The notes under the pieces: model-generated | The model's input: the letters and a program-made list of their open reading frames with translations, nothing else | What the model was told of the DNA's origin: nothing | The model's database searches: none | In this document: positions 33,961 through 43,329 of the stretch, piece after piece | How the letters are laid out: each line of letters begins with the position of its first letter | Position numbering within the stretch: position 1 is the first letter of the stretch | Made by a program: the position numbers and the translations under genes | From: Eubacteriales bacterium | Lineage (GTDB): Bacteria; Bacillota; Clostridia; Oscillospirales; CAG-272 | NCBI GenBank assembly: GCA_045633625.1 | Contig: JAZQYP010000025.1 | Location: 19,313-83,312 of the forward strand | DNA length: 64,000 bases | Direction of reading: 5' to 3'

Positions 33961-34374
33961 ATGGCGCAAATCAGTGTAGATGGTCAGGTTATTTCAGACA
34001 TTGAACTCAAGACCTCTGCAAGAAATCACCCCTATGTTCGTTTCGAATTTGTTGAGTACATCGGCAATGGAGAAAAGCAACGAGCACAGTATTTTCACGT
34101 ATGCGCTTTTGCCGAGAATGCACTTGGTATAGTTAACGCAGGTATCGGTAAAGGAAGCCACATACAGCTTTACGGAAAGCTCGAAGTAGAAACCTACGGA
34201 AAGCGTGACGGAAAAGGTGTCGGAAAACGAATGAAGATCATGCTCAAGGATTGGGGGTCCATTCCTATCGGAGCGTCCAAGGAACGGAAGTCTTTGGACA
34301 AAGCACCTCCCGAAATGGTGATGCCACACGAGGTAATCGAAATTGACGGAGACAAAGAACCCATGCCGAAATAA
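33961..34374 (+). CDS. ssb: Single-stranded DNA-binding protein (OB fold)
   Basis: GAAAGGAGtagt-ATG. YVRFEFVE...YFHVCAFAENA...GSHIQLYGKLEVETY is an OB-fold SSB pattern. The tail is not the canonical acidic DDDIPF type. Confidence 0.65.
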   Translation: MAQISVDGQVISDIELKTSARNHPYVRFEFVEYIGNGEKQRAQYFHVCAFAENALGIVNAGIGKGSHIQLYGKLEVETYGKRDGKGVGKRMKIMLKDWGSIPIGASKERKSLDKAPPEMVMPHEVIEIDGDKEPMPK

Positions 34375-34385
34375 TTCGGCGACAA

Positions 34386-34442
34386 AGAGGAACTGTTAGA
34401 TGTTTTTCAAAGGAAGAAAACGTCGGCAGTTCCTCTTTTTTT
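34386..34442 (+). terminator. Intrinsic terminator after ssb
   Basis: agaggaactg / cagttcctct 10-bp stem (31-nt loop) followed by T7. Confidence 0.55.
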
Positions 34443-34480
34443 GTTTTCAAATCAAAAACAGAAAGGATGAACAAAAAAGA

Positions 34481-35287
34481 ATGAAAAAGAAGCAAACCTT
34501 ATGGAACGGTGTGTCCGTCCTCATCGTAGCAGTGCTGGGTATAACGGCATTTGTCAGAGGCGATGCACAGCTTTGGCTCAACGCTACCGCATTTATTGTA
34601 TGGGCGATTTGGGCAACGGTAAAATTCCTTGTACCGTATATCGATCAAAAGCTCGCAGAACAGGAAGCTCGTGAGATCCGCGAGATGTATGAAGAAGAGG
34701 AACGCTTGATGCAAGACAACAGCAATCCCGAAACTACGGGTATCGTGCTGCTTCGTCACGTTAATCATCGCATTTCAGCGTATCTCAAATCGGCGTATCC
34801 CGATGCAACTTGGGAGTGGCGTGAGGACTATCCCGAAGACATTGTATCTCAAGGCGGAACAGGACGAATCCAGGTTTATGGAGTTGCAGATTTTAACTAT
34901 GCAGATGTAACGGTAAACAAAAATGCCGAGATCAAATGTGAAATGCTTAAAATCGTTCCTATGACCGAGATCCAGAGAAAAGCTCCAACCGCAGAAGATA
35001 ATCCCAAGCCTACTCCGCAGAACCCCGTTGACCCGCAGATTTGGTATGAGAAAAAAGGTCGAGTTGTCCTTGAAAACCTCATCACCGATCTGAACTCACG
35101 CGGTCACAGCAGTCTGACAATAACTGCAAACGGAGAGGTCCTTATCGAGCAAGCGGACTGTAAGGTAAAGCAAGCCACCCTTGAGAGTATGCCCGATAAA
35201 ATGTATTGGACACGTCTTTCCAAGGTGTTTCAGAGCGAAGGACTCGCCACCGACATCACGGAAGATTCTATGGTGCTCTCATGGTAA
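34481..35287 (+). CDS. Hypothetical membrane-anchored protein
   Basis: MKKKQTLWNGVSVLIVAVLGITAF plus a second TM, with a soluble C-terminal domain. This start lies beyond the terminator. Confidence 0.4.
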   Translation: MKKKQTLWNGVSVLIVAVLGITAFVRGDAQLWLNATAFIVWAIWATVKFLVPYIDQKLAEQEAREIREMYEEEERLMQDNSNPETTGIVLLRHVNHRISAYLKSAYPDATWEWREDYPEDIVSQGGTGRIQVYGVADFNYADVTVNKNAEIKCEMLKIVPMTEIQRKAPTAEDNPKPTPQNPVDPQIWYEKKGRVVLENLITDLNSRGHSSLTITANGEVLIEQADCKVKQATLESMPDKMYWTRLSKVFQSEGLATDITEDSMVLSW

Positions 35288-35320
35288 AGCCGCGAGAACT
35301 ACGGAAAGGAGTGATGTCAG

Positions 35321-36394
35321 ATGAAGGCGGGCCTTGCAATCGAAGAATTGGCAGCCGAAATAATGCGCCAAAATGAAATCAAAGAGGACTATGTGGTAAA
35401 CAGTAACAGCCTTTTAATGGAAGCCTTTGATTCGGAGCTGTACCTTCGTGTAATGGATGAGAATATGTCTGACCGACTTGAACCTCTCGCCATTTCCGAG
35501 AATGCCCATAGGCAGATCAGCGCCAGACTCAGCATCCCTATCAAGTATTATAACAGAATGCTTGAGGAAGGACAGACACTTTTAACACAGAACGTCAACC
35601 ACTGGTTTTCAAGGAATCCCGAACAGCGTATGCTTCGTGTGATGGAGGGCAAGGTTCGAGCGTTTTTGAGCAATCGTTATCTTCGCATTGACAATCACGA
35701 GGTTGTCTGCGCGGTTATGCCTGTTATGGGAGAGATACCCGACGTCAATTTTGTGAGTAACCAAATTACAGATAATCATCTGTATATTAAGGCGGTAAAT
35801 CCGAATATGACTCGTGAGCTTTCCCCCGGGAAAACCGTTCAAGCAGGCATCGTTATATGCAATAGCGAAACAGGTCTCGGCACGTTTTACGTATCCCCGA
35901 TGATTTATTGTCCGGAATTGAACTTCGGTATGATTTCGGATATGGGAAAGGTCAAACGCACACATATGGGACCGACCTACAGAACCAGTGAGCATTTTCT
36001 ACTTCGTCCCGAACAATTCCTTATGGCAGACGATAACGCTTTCCTTGAAAGGATTCGAGGTTCTGTCAGAGAGGCACTTGATGAAGAGAGCTTCGAGCAG
36101 ACTGTAAATACAATGCAGGAAGCAATGGAGGCTCAAATCAATCAAGATAATGTCCCGCAGGTAGTAAATGCAGCCGCAGATGCTTTCGGCATCACGGACA
36201 CAGAACAGGAAGGCGTATTGCAGCACCTGATTGAGAGCGAGGATATGACTCGGTTTGGTCTTGCAAACGCGGTAACAAGGCAAAGCGCTGACAGCGAAAG
36301 CTATGAACGCGCAACTGACCTTGAGGAGATCAGCTATCGAATGCTGACAATGCCCACTAACCAATGGGAAAGAATGAATCAATTAGCAGCTTAA
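35321..36394 (+). CDS. DUF932-family protein (phage/plasmid-associated)
   Basis: 357 aa. The segments LSNRYLRIDNHEV, VQAGIVICNSETGLGTFYVSP match what I recall of DUF932. Confidence 0.6.
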   Translation: MKAGLAIEELAAEIMRQNEIKEDYVVNSNSLLMEAFDSELYLRVMDENMSDRLEPLAISENAHRQISARLSIPIKYYNRMLEEGQTLLTQNVNHWFSRNPEQRMLRVMEGKVRAFLSNRYLRIDNHEVVCAVMPVMGEIPDVNFVSNQITDNHLYIKAVNPNMTRELSPGKTVQAGIVICNSETGLGTFYVSPMIYCPELNFGMISDMGKVKRTHMGPTYRTSEHFLLRPEQFLMADDNAFLERIRGSVREALDEESFEQTVNTMQEAMEAQINQDNVPQVVNAAADAFGITDTEQEGVLQHLIESEDMTRFGLANAVTRQSADSESYERATDLEEISYRMLTMPTNQWERMNQLAA

Positions 36395-36440
36395 CGCTGA
36401 CTACACACAAAATTTTTAATTAACAAGGAGTAATAAGAAT

Positions 36441-37289
36441 ATGTATAACAACAATGAAAACGCAATGGTAGAAAAGAAGAACTTTATGCTTCCCGAAATG
36501 CTTGAGGGTGAATTCACAAGCGAAGAGCTTGCCGATGACTATGACGGATTGCAGCTCAGCTTTCAGCGAGTAAAGATCCCTGCGGGCGGTGCTTTGCAGT
36601 TTGAGATTCCCGGCGACGATCCCGAGAACCCCGATTACACCAAGTATATCGAGGGTGTTATTTTGCACTCTCATCAGACCGGTGCATATTGGCCCGAAGG
36701 ATCTGAGTACGATGATTCCGTCACCCCTCTTTGCTCGTCTGTTGACGGCAAGATCGGCTGCGGAACTCCCGGAGGCTCTTGCGCTCTTTGTGAGCTGAAT
36801 CAGTACGGAACCGCAACGGACAGCAAGGGCAATCAAGCCAAGGGTAAGGCGTGCAAGAATATGCGTCACTTGTATATTCTCCGTGATGGCGAATATATGC
36901 CGATTCTTCTCGCACTTCCTCCCACAAGCCTTCGTCCTTATTCCGACTTCATCAATGCCTGCTTTGTAACGCGCCGCCGTCCTACTTACGCCAGCGTAGT
37001 ACAGATCGGACTTAAGAGAATTGAGGGTGCTAACACTTACAGCGTGGCAACCTTCAAGAAGGTCTGTGATTTTACAGGCGAGGAGCTTGCAAAGGTCAAG
37101 GCGTATGCTACCGGCTTCCGTGAGCAGATCAAGGGAATGCTTCAGGCACGTGCCGCTGATGCGATGAGCCGTTCGGATGCAGAGCCGCTTTATGAGGACT
37201 CTACCTATCAGACACGAGAGAATGGCAATCATTTTGAGATTTCCAGCAATGATGTCATTGACGGAGATAAAGATGAACTGCCTCTCTAA
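36441..37289 (+). CDS. Hypothetical protein (Cys cluster CSSVDGKIGCGTPGGSCALCEL)
   Basis: 282-aa ORF followed by a strong terminator. No family recognised. Confidence 0.4.
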   Translation: MYNNNENAMVEKKNFMLPEMLEGEFTSEELADDYDGLQLSFQRVKIPAGGALQFEIPGDDPENPDYTKYIEGVILHSHQTGAYWPEGSEYDDSVTPLCSSVDGKIGCGTPGGSCALCELNQYGTATDSKGNQAKGKACKNMRHLYILRDGEYMPILLALPPTSLRPYSDFINACFVTRRRPTYASVVQIGLKRIEGANTYSVATFKKVCDFTGEELAKVKAYATGFREQIKGMLQARAADAMSRSDAEPLYEDSTYQTRENGNHFEISSNDVIDGDKDELPL

Positions 37290-37329
37290 AAGATAATGCT
37301 TTGTAAGACCTACATAGCATAAGAAATCA

Positions 37330-37370
37330 GGGATACCGTTAGCCGCTTGGCAAACGGTATCCCTTTTTTC
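37330..37370 (+). terminator. Strong intrinsic terminator directly upstream of the sigma-factor RBS
   Basis: gggataccgtt / aacggtatccc 11-bp stem followed by TTTTTT. Confidence 0.75.
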
Positions 37371-37388
37371 AGTTTGGAGGAAAGGAAT

Positions 37389-37928
37389 ATGGATATACGC
37401 CCATTAACGAAAAAGCATCAACAGTTTGCAGAAGAAAATCACGATTTGGTGTATGCCTTTCTGAACAAAAAGAAGCTGCCCGAAACCGTTTTTTACGACG
37501 TGATCATTTTCGGTTATCTTCGTGCCGTGCAGGAATTTTGCGATTGTCCGCGTCTCCACAATTACAAGTTTTCAACTCTTGCGTGGAAACGTATGCAAAG
37601 CTCTCTGTCAAACTACTATTCCTATCTGAACAGCGAAAAAAGAAATGCACACGTTATCAGTCTTGACGAACCTGTTGGGAGTGAGGACGGTCTGTTATGG
37701 GAAGATATCGTTTGCTATCAAAGCAACATGATGGAAGAGTTTGAAATGGAGCTTCTGCTGCACGACTTGGCTACGGCTTTACCGGAACGCGAGATGCGTA
37801 TCATACGTATGAAGGTGGACGGCAAGCGAATGCACGAAATTGCAAAGGCAGAGCATCTGACGTTTCGCCAAATCAATTCGATCTTGCTCGATGCTTACCC
37901 AACGATAATAAAAACTCTCTACGGTTAG
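37389..37928 (+). CDS. Sigma-70 family (ECF/region 2+4 only) sigma factor
   Basis: GGAGGaaaggaat-ATG. Region-2-like IIFGYLRAVQEF and region-4 HTH EREMRIIRMKVDGKRMHEIAKAEHLTFRQINSIL. Confidence 0.65.
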   Translation: MDIRPLTKKHQQFAEENHDLVYAFLNKKKLPETVFYDVIIFGYLRAVQEFCDCPRLHNYKFSTLAWKRMQSSLSNYYSYLNSEKRNAHVISLDEPVGSEDGLLWEDIVCYQSNMMEEFEMELLLHDLATALPEREMRIIRMKVDGKRMHEIAKAEHLTFRQINSILLDAYPTIIKTLYG

Positions 37929-37956
37929 TATGTAGAGGGATTGGAGGTTAAACAGA

Positions 37957-38187
37957 ATGAAAAAGACAATATCTATCACCGGACAAGTCGTATTTCCACT
38001 CAGAGAGGGTTCAAGAGCGATCATTGCCTACGGCGGTGACTTTATTTATACCTCTCGTGTGGTAGATATTATTGAAGTGAGTGAAGATTTTGCTCACTTT
38101 GAAACAATGAACTCTGTATATAAGGTGGCGTTCGTGCCGCAAACCACATTTGCACCGTTGCCAATACCGTTGGCTAAATGTGCATAG
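37957..38187 (+). CDS. Hypothetical small protein
   Basis: 76-aa ORF in the co-directional array. Confidence 0.35.
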   Translation: MKKTISITGQVVFPLREGSRAIIAYGGDFIYTSRVVDIIEVSEDFAHFETMNSVYKVAFVPQTTFAPLPIPLAKCA

Positions 38188-38201
38188 AAAGGAAAACTGC
38201 T

Positions 38202-38588
38202 ATGAGTAAAACAGCCCCTTGGCAAATAAGAAACAGCGTATTTCTGGATTGGTTTCAGCTTAAGGAACTGCTTGAATATCGCATAGAGGCTCTGATCGGA
38301 CGAAATATACGCCCCGTGCCGTTTCAAGACGGTGATTATTGGGACGTGAGGACCGACGATTACACGGAGCAAGAAATCAAGCTGCTGATCGAGGCTGCCA
38401 ACGGAGACGAATACGACCAAGAAAACCATCCCGTTGATATAGACGGTATGGGAAACGGGTTAAACGACACCTTGGCACGAAAGCTTATTGCTGTTGAATT
38501 GCCCTTTGAAATCGACAGAACCTTGGTCGGCGAAACGGGAGTGTATTTTCTCAGCAACGAAGAACTCTACACAAAGGTTTATAAGTAA
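38202..38588 (+). CDS. Hypothetical protein
   Basis: GAAAGGAAAactgct-ATG; about 128 aa. Confidence 0.35.
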   Translation: MSKTAPWQIRNSVFLDWFQLKELLEYRIEALIGRNIRPVPFQDGDYWDVRTDDYTEQEIKLLIEAANGDEYDQENHPVDIDGMGNGLNDTLARKLIAVELPFEIDRTLVGETGVYFLSNEELYTKVYK

Positions 38589-38640
38589 AATCCAAGGCAC
38601 AGCCGCCAAAGCGACTGTGCCAAGCAAAGGAGATGATATT

Positions 38641-38937
38641 TTGAAAAAGAATGAAAACGATTTTAAGATCAGCGTAAGCTACCGAGGCAAGGTTTACCTG
38701 TTTGACTACGGTTCTCAGGCTTACATATTCCACACGGGTATCTACAACGATATTCCAAAGAAATATGGACTCAAAGGGCTGAGGGAGTACACAAACTTAG
38801 TTCACACCTGTTACGTTGAAGATAGCAACAGAACACCGCTTGGTGAGCTTTCGGATTACGTCGCGCAGCGCTGGAAAAAGATGCGAAAAATGCCCACGGA
38901 CGAAATACTTGCCGAGTTTTATAACTATGCGATGTAG
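38641..38937 (+). CDS. Hypothetical protein
   Basis: AAAGGAGatgatatt-TTG; about 98 aa. Confidence 0.35.
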   Translation: MKKNENDFKISVSYRGKVYLFDYGSQAYIFHTGIYNDIPKKYGLKGLREYTNLVHTCYVEDSNRTPLGELSDYVAQRWKKMRKMPTDEILAEFYNYAM

Positions 38938-38948
38938 GAGGAAAAGAA

Positions 38949-39836
38949 ATGAGTTTACTTGATAAGTTATCAGCGATAGAAATCAAACCCGATACCCGTA
39001 TTTCAGAAGCGGATCGTGAGTTTTGTCAGAAACATCAAAAGGCATACCTTGAGGCAAGAGATGCCCTCATATCAATTAAAAAGCAGTGGAAAACTATCTA
39101 CGATGCTCAAATGGCTGTTATGGAGCAAATATCCGGCAGTGAATATACAAAGGATCGGTACATTAAAGTTGAGGGGCTTTCCACGAGTAGCTTGAGCAAT
39201 AAGATCGAGCTGTTACCGGAGCTGTTCATTACTTCGCTCGTTACGTATTTCAACGATAAATACCACGTTTCCGTAAGTGTTGAGGCAGCAAAGAAGGCAT
39301 TACTGCCCGAGTCACCCAAGTATGACTGGGAAAAGAGCCGCACAAAGGAGTATCACGAAAAGATGCGTGATTTCATCTTGCGCTATGAGGACGTGGTGGA
39401 GCAGATATTCGTTCAGCTCGGAGGACGCACGTTTGAGCAACGCGCACTTGACGAGCTAAAGGAAAAGTGCCACAAATTTGCGTGGAATCTATATCATAGC
39501 AAAGCTGAGTTTGAGGTCAGAAATGACACGATACAGTTCACAGGCTATGCTTGCAGCTATGACTCCTGGTTGAGCCGTTGTGTATGGAAATTCAATGACG
39601 GTATGAGAGACGTTCTTCGTGGTCTTGCCCACTTTGAAACAAGACAGCTTGGTTATCTTCCCAAGGATATTGCGTTTCTTGTGAGCTATGACGACAAATG
39701 CTCATCCTCGTATGAGTTTGACTATGAGAAGCTCAAAAAGATCCGTATGTTTAAGAATCACCGTGTAGACGTCAAGTTCGCAAGCAAGGAGATTGCCCAT
39801 CAATTCGCCGAGCAGTACCTCGGACTTGTAGCGTAG
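38949..39836 (+). CDS. Hypothetical protein
   Basis: GGAGGaaaagaa-ATG; 295 aa, helical. No motif recognised. Confidence 0.4.
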   Translation: MSLLDKLSAIEIKPDTRISEADREFCQKHQKAYLEARDALISIKKQWKTIYDAQMAVMEQISGSEYTKDRYIKVEGLSTSSLSNKIELLPELFITSLVTYFNDKYHVSVSVEAAKKALLPESPKYDWEKSRTKEYHEKMRDFILRYEDVVEQIFVQLGGRTFEQRALDELKEKCHKFAWNLYHSKAEFEVRNDTIQFTGYACSYDSWLSRCVWKFNDGMRDVLRGLAHFETRQLGYLPKDIAFLVSYDDKCSSSYEFDYEKLKKIRMFKNHRVDVKFASKEIAHQFAEQYLGLVA

Positions 39837-39849
39837 GAGGTGATATATT

Positions 39850-42800
39850 GTGAAGTATATTGCCCGAGACGAACGCATTCCGCAGGATAGGCGCCGCGAG
39901 CTGAATGACAAGATCCTATACTTGATAGATGCCGATCTGGCAGAAGCATCAGGAGTTTCCCGTGAGGATATCTACAATGCTTACACGGGGGATGGCGGAC
40001 TCCACGGTTTACAGCGTTCGGACTACGACAGCTATTCCGATTATAGTGACGCTAAGAAAGAGATCGAGAACGGACAATTCTTCACGCCACCGAGTATATG
40101 TCAAATGGTAGCCAAGTGTATCGGTATGGGAAAAGGTGATCTTATCGCAGATTTGACCTGCGGTATAGGCAACTTCTTCAATTTTATGCCTACGGAAAAT
40201 AATCTGTACGGCTGTGAGTTGGACAATAAAGCCTATAAGGTCGCTCGTTACCTATATCCCGATGCCAATATCGTTAATCAGGATATCCGACTGTATCAGC
40301 CGGGTATCCTCTTTGATTATGTGCTCGGCAATCCACCCTTTAATCTGAAATGGTGGATCGAAGGCAGCAAGGAAATTAAGTCCCAGCTTTATTACTGTAT
40401 CAAGGCACACGAGCTGCTAAAGCCCTGCGGTATTATGGCAATCGTTGTTCCGAGCTCGTTCCTTTCGGACGATTTTATTGATGGCAACGTAATTGCGGAT
40501 ATGAACGCTAAATTCCGCTTTCTCGGTCAGTTTTCTTTACCCGAAAACGCCTTTAGCCCTATGGGTGTGCAGTCGTTTCCCACAAAGCTTCAATTCTGGC
40601 AGAAAAGAAATGACGCTGAAGACGTTTCTATGCCGTACAGCGCCGACTGCCCCACCTCTATTACTTATGAGCTTACAGAGCGAATAAACGAGGCTAAGAA
40701 GGCACTTTCGGATAGCAGAATGGACATTCTGAAGGCAACGGCGCAAAACAAGGAGACGTCGGCAAGCTTTGCGTATCAAGTGGACAAAATGCTCTATCAG
40801 ATAAGGGTGCATCCTCGCATTTCCTCGGAGCATTCTCGCTGCTGCGCATACGTTCACCGCTTCTATACCGAGAAGCAGCCCGAAAGTATGCCATATGCTG
40901 AATGGTGCCGTGTGAGGTTGACCGAGGCAAAGGTGCTTTCCTATCTCAAAAAGGTGCTCAAAAAGCAAAATGAGCGACCGCCGGAGGACAGGATCGCACT
41001 TGTAAAGCGAGATTATGATTTCGTTTATAAGGGATATTCCTATGCTTCAAGCCGTCAGATCAGCGACCAAATGAAAAAGCCCGTGCCGATGTATCTTTTA
41101 GCCTCCTCGGACGGAGATAACGGATTTACGCCATACTCCAAGCTGATTGAAAGAAAGCAGCGTGAATATGCGATACAGAATCAGCAGTTCTCGGATATGG
41201 CGCTTGATGAAAACATCTCTCGCGCTCTTGACGAATTTACCATATGGGATTCGGAGAACGAGGAAGAAATACACCTTAACGAAAAGCAAAAGAAGGATAT
41301 CAATCTGATGCTTCAAAAGCGATACGGACTGCTTCAATGGGAGCAGGGCTGCGGTAAGACGCTTGCCGGAATTGCCGTTGGTCTCTACCGTATGCAATAT
41401 CAGAACGTGCATCACACTTGGGTGATATCCTCGGCAATCTCCATCCGTAACAATTGGGATATCGTTTTGAAGAATTACGGGCTTTCCTACGTGTTCGTTG
41501 AAGAGCTTTCCGACTTTGACCGTATCCAAAAGGGCGATTTCGTAATCATCACATTGAATGCTTTGAGAAAGTACCAAAAGCAGATCAAGCGTTGGGTACG
41601 CATACACAACGAAAAGCTTCAGCTAATATTTGATGAGAGCGACGAGATATCCAACGCATCGGGAGCGACGACCAAGGCGTGCCTTGATTGCTTCCGCCGC
41701 GTAAAATATAAGCTGTTGGAAACAGGAACGAGTACACGAAACAATATCTCTGAGTTTGCTCCGCAGATGGAACTGCTCTACAACAATTCCTACAATATGA
41801 TCTCTTGGTGCGACCGCATATACAAGAGGGATAAGGAAACCGGAGATTTGAATTCTGAGGAAAATGATTATTTCGGTATGCCGATTCCCGCATACAAGCG
41901 AGGGTATTCCTTGTTTTCCGCTTCTCACTTGCCTGAAAAGATAACCGTTTTCGGTGTTGGGCAACGAACACAAGACATCTACAATGCCGACGTTCTAAGC
42001 GAGATACTTGGCAAGACCGTCATAACGAGAACCTTTGAGGAAATTACGGGCAAGGACATACGGCGTATCCATCAAGTACCCGTCAAATTCAGTGAAGCGG
42101 AGAAAGCTGTGTATCAGCAAGCCATTGAGAAATTCTATGAAATGCGTTGGAACTATTTTCAGTCCACCGGCAATTCCCGAAAGGACTCTATGATGATTCT
42201 GATGCAACAGATCCTCACGCTTCTTCGTATCAGCGCGGCACCAAGCTCTATGAGCGAATACGCAGGCGATACTCCCGTGAAGATCCAAAAGGTACTTTCT
42301 ATGGTAGAAGAATGGGACGATGAGATCGTGGCTATCGGCGTGCGGCATATTCCCGTGCTTGATGAATACCGAAAAGCAATCGAGGAAGCGTTTCCCGACA
42401 GACCCTTATTCGTTGTTACGGGCGGCAATACCACCTTTGCCAAGCGCAGAGCGCTCCGCAAAACTCTCAAGGAGAGCGGAAACGGAATTCTGCTTTGCAC
42501 ACAGCAGAGCTTGCCGAGCAGTGTCAACTTCGAGTACGTCAACAAGATCGTCATTCCCGAACTCCACTACAACAATTCTCGTATGAGTCAGTTCTATATG
42601 CGCTTCGTGCGATATACCTCTACCGAATGGAAAGACATCTATTTCGTCACCTATGCCGGAAGCATTGAATCCAATCTTATGCAGATGGTTATGGCAAAGG
42701 AAAAGCTTAATCTCTTTATGAAGGGACAGGATGCAGACCTTGACGAGATCTACGAGAAGTTCGGCGTTGACTACAATCTGCTCTCGCTTCTGATGAGGCG

Positions 42801-42858
42801 CGAGGCGGACAGCGAAGGAAAGCTCCACATACGTTGGGGAGAGCAAAATATAGCGTAA
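39850..42858 (+). CDS. Fusion protein: N6-adenine DNA methyltransferase domain + SNF2/DEAD-like helicase domain
   Basis: GTG start after AGGAGGTG. MTase motif I DLTCGIGNFF and motif IV GNPPFN. Helicase Walker A EQGCGKTLAG, DESDE box, C-terminal helicase lobe. Confidence 0.8.
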   Translation: MKYIARDERIPQDRRRELNDKILYLIDADLAEASGVSREDIYNAYTGDGGLHGLQRSDYDSYSDYSDAKKEIENGQFFTPPSICQMVAKCIGMGKGDLIADLTCGIGNFFNFMPTENNLYGCELDNKAYKVARYLYPDANIVNQDIRLYQPGILFDYVLGNPPFNLKWWIEGSKEIKSQLYYCIKAHELLKPCGIMAIVVPSSFLSDDFIDGNVIADMNAKFRFLGQFSLPENAFSPMGVQSFPTKLQFWQKRNDAEDVSMPYSADCPTSITYELTERINEAKKALSDSRMDILKATAQNKETSASFAYQVDKMLYQIRVHPRISSEHSRCCAYVHRFYTEKQPESMPYAEWCRVRLTEAKVLSYLKKVLKKQNERPPEDRIALVKRDYDFVYKGYSYASSRQISDQMKKPVPMYLLASSDGDNGFTPYSKLIERKQREYAIQNQQFSDMALDENISRALDEFTIWDSENEEEIHLNEKQKKDINLMLQKRYGLLQWEQGCGKTLAGIAVGLYRMQYQNVHHTWVISSAISIRNNWDIVLKNYGLSYVFVEELSDFDRIQKGDFVIITLNALRKYQKQIKRWVRIHNEKLQLIFDESDEISNASGATTKACLDCFRRVKYKLLETGTSTRNNISEFAPQMELLYNNSYNMISWCDRIYKRDKETGDLNSEENDYFGMPIPAYKRGYSLFSASHLPEKITVFGVGQRTQDIYNADVLSEILGKTVITRTFEEITGKDIRRIHQVPVKFSEAEKAVYQQAIEKFYEMRWNYFQSTGNSRKDSMMILMQQILTLLRISAAPSSMSEYAGDTPVKIQKVLSMVEEWDDEIVAIGVRHIPVLDEYRKAIEEAFPDRPLFVVTGGNTTFAKRRALRKTLKESGNGILLCTQQSLPSSVNFEYVNKIVIPELHYNNSRMSQFYMRFVRYTSTEWKDIYFVTYAGSIESNLMQMVMAKEKLNLFMKGQDADLDEIYEKFGVDYNLLSLLMRREADSEGKLHIRWGEQNIA

Positions 42859-42872
42859 AGAAAGGAATGAAA

Positions 42873-43136
42873 ATGAATACGAATGAATTAAAAGTAGGCG
42901 ACGTAGTTACCTACGAGTTTGTAACGCGAGAGGGCGGTCTTTGCTCCGCAATCGTCGAGATTTTAGAGCTGAAGCTTCAAAAGCACGATAATCGTCCAAT
43001 TGCTAACGTAAGGTTTCGCAAATCAATTTCCGACCATACGGGTAATAATTTTTTTGATTATCTTGCAAGGATCGGAGGAACTATGTGGGCGAGCCAAGAA
43101 TATCTCCATAAAATAACGGAGGTGCAGAATGGCTAA
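42873..43136 (+). CDS. Hypothetical small protein
   Basis: AAAGGAatgaaa-ATG; 87 aa. The stop overlaps the next start. Confidence 0.35.
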   Translation: MNTNELKVGDVVTYEFVTREGGLCSAIVEILELKLQKHDNRPIANVRFRKSISDHTGNNFFDYLARIGGTMWASQEYLHKITEVQNG

Positions 43137-43329
43137 GATCAATAAGCAACACAAATGGGACACCTGCATTCACGCTCTCTGTCCGTTTGGCAGAGGCTTT
43201 GCACTATGCAGCTACGGAATGGATATCCGTGGCAAAGACCTTTCTGCACGTGACTTTCCTATCTGTATGCAGAATGGAAAGTGTCTTAAGGAAGAGGCTG
43301 AAAAGAACAAAGAGGTGAATCCCAAATGA
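43129..43329 (+). CDS. Hypothetical Cys-rich small protein
   Basis: 66 aa with 5 Cys, translationally coupled on both sides. Confidence 0.3.
   Translation: MAKINKQHKWDTCIHALCPFGRGFALCSYGMDIRGKDLSARDFPICMQNGKCLKEEAEKNKEVNPK

Noticed and set aside
33785-33979. 64-aa ORF inside the ssb leader, and the 83-aa ORF 4493-4744 upstream of the 4726 gene.
   Set aside because: Both use non-ATG starts without an RBS and run through predicted terminator hairpins. These regions are better explained as non-coding leaders.
30453-37232. Other long antisense ORFs: 30453-31286, 35609-36382 and 36420-37232 on the minus strand.
   Set aside because: They are antisense to well-supported + strand genes (S1-domain protein, DUF932, the 36441 ORF). 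They lack RBSs and recognisable motifs and would break the co-directional operon structure.
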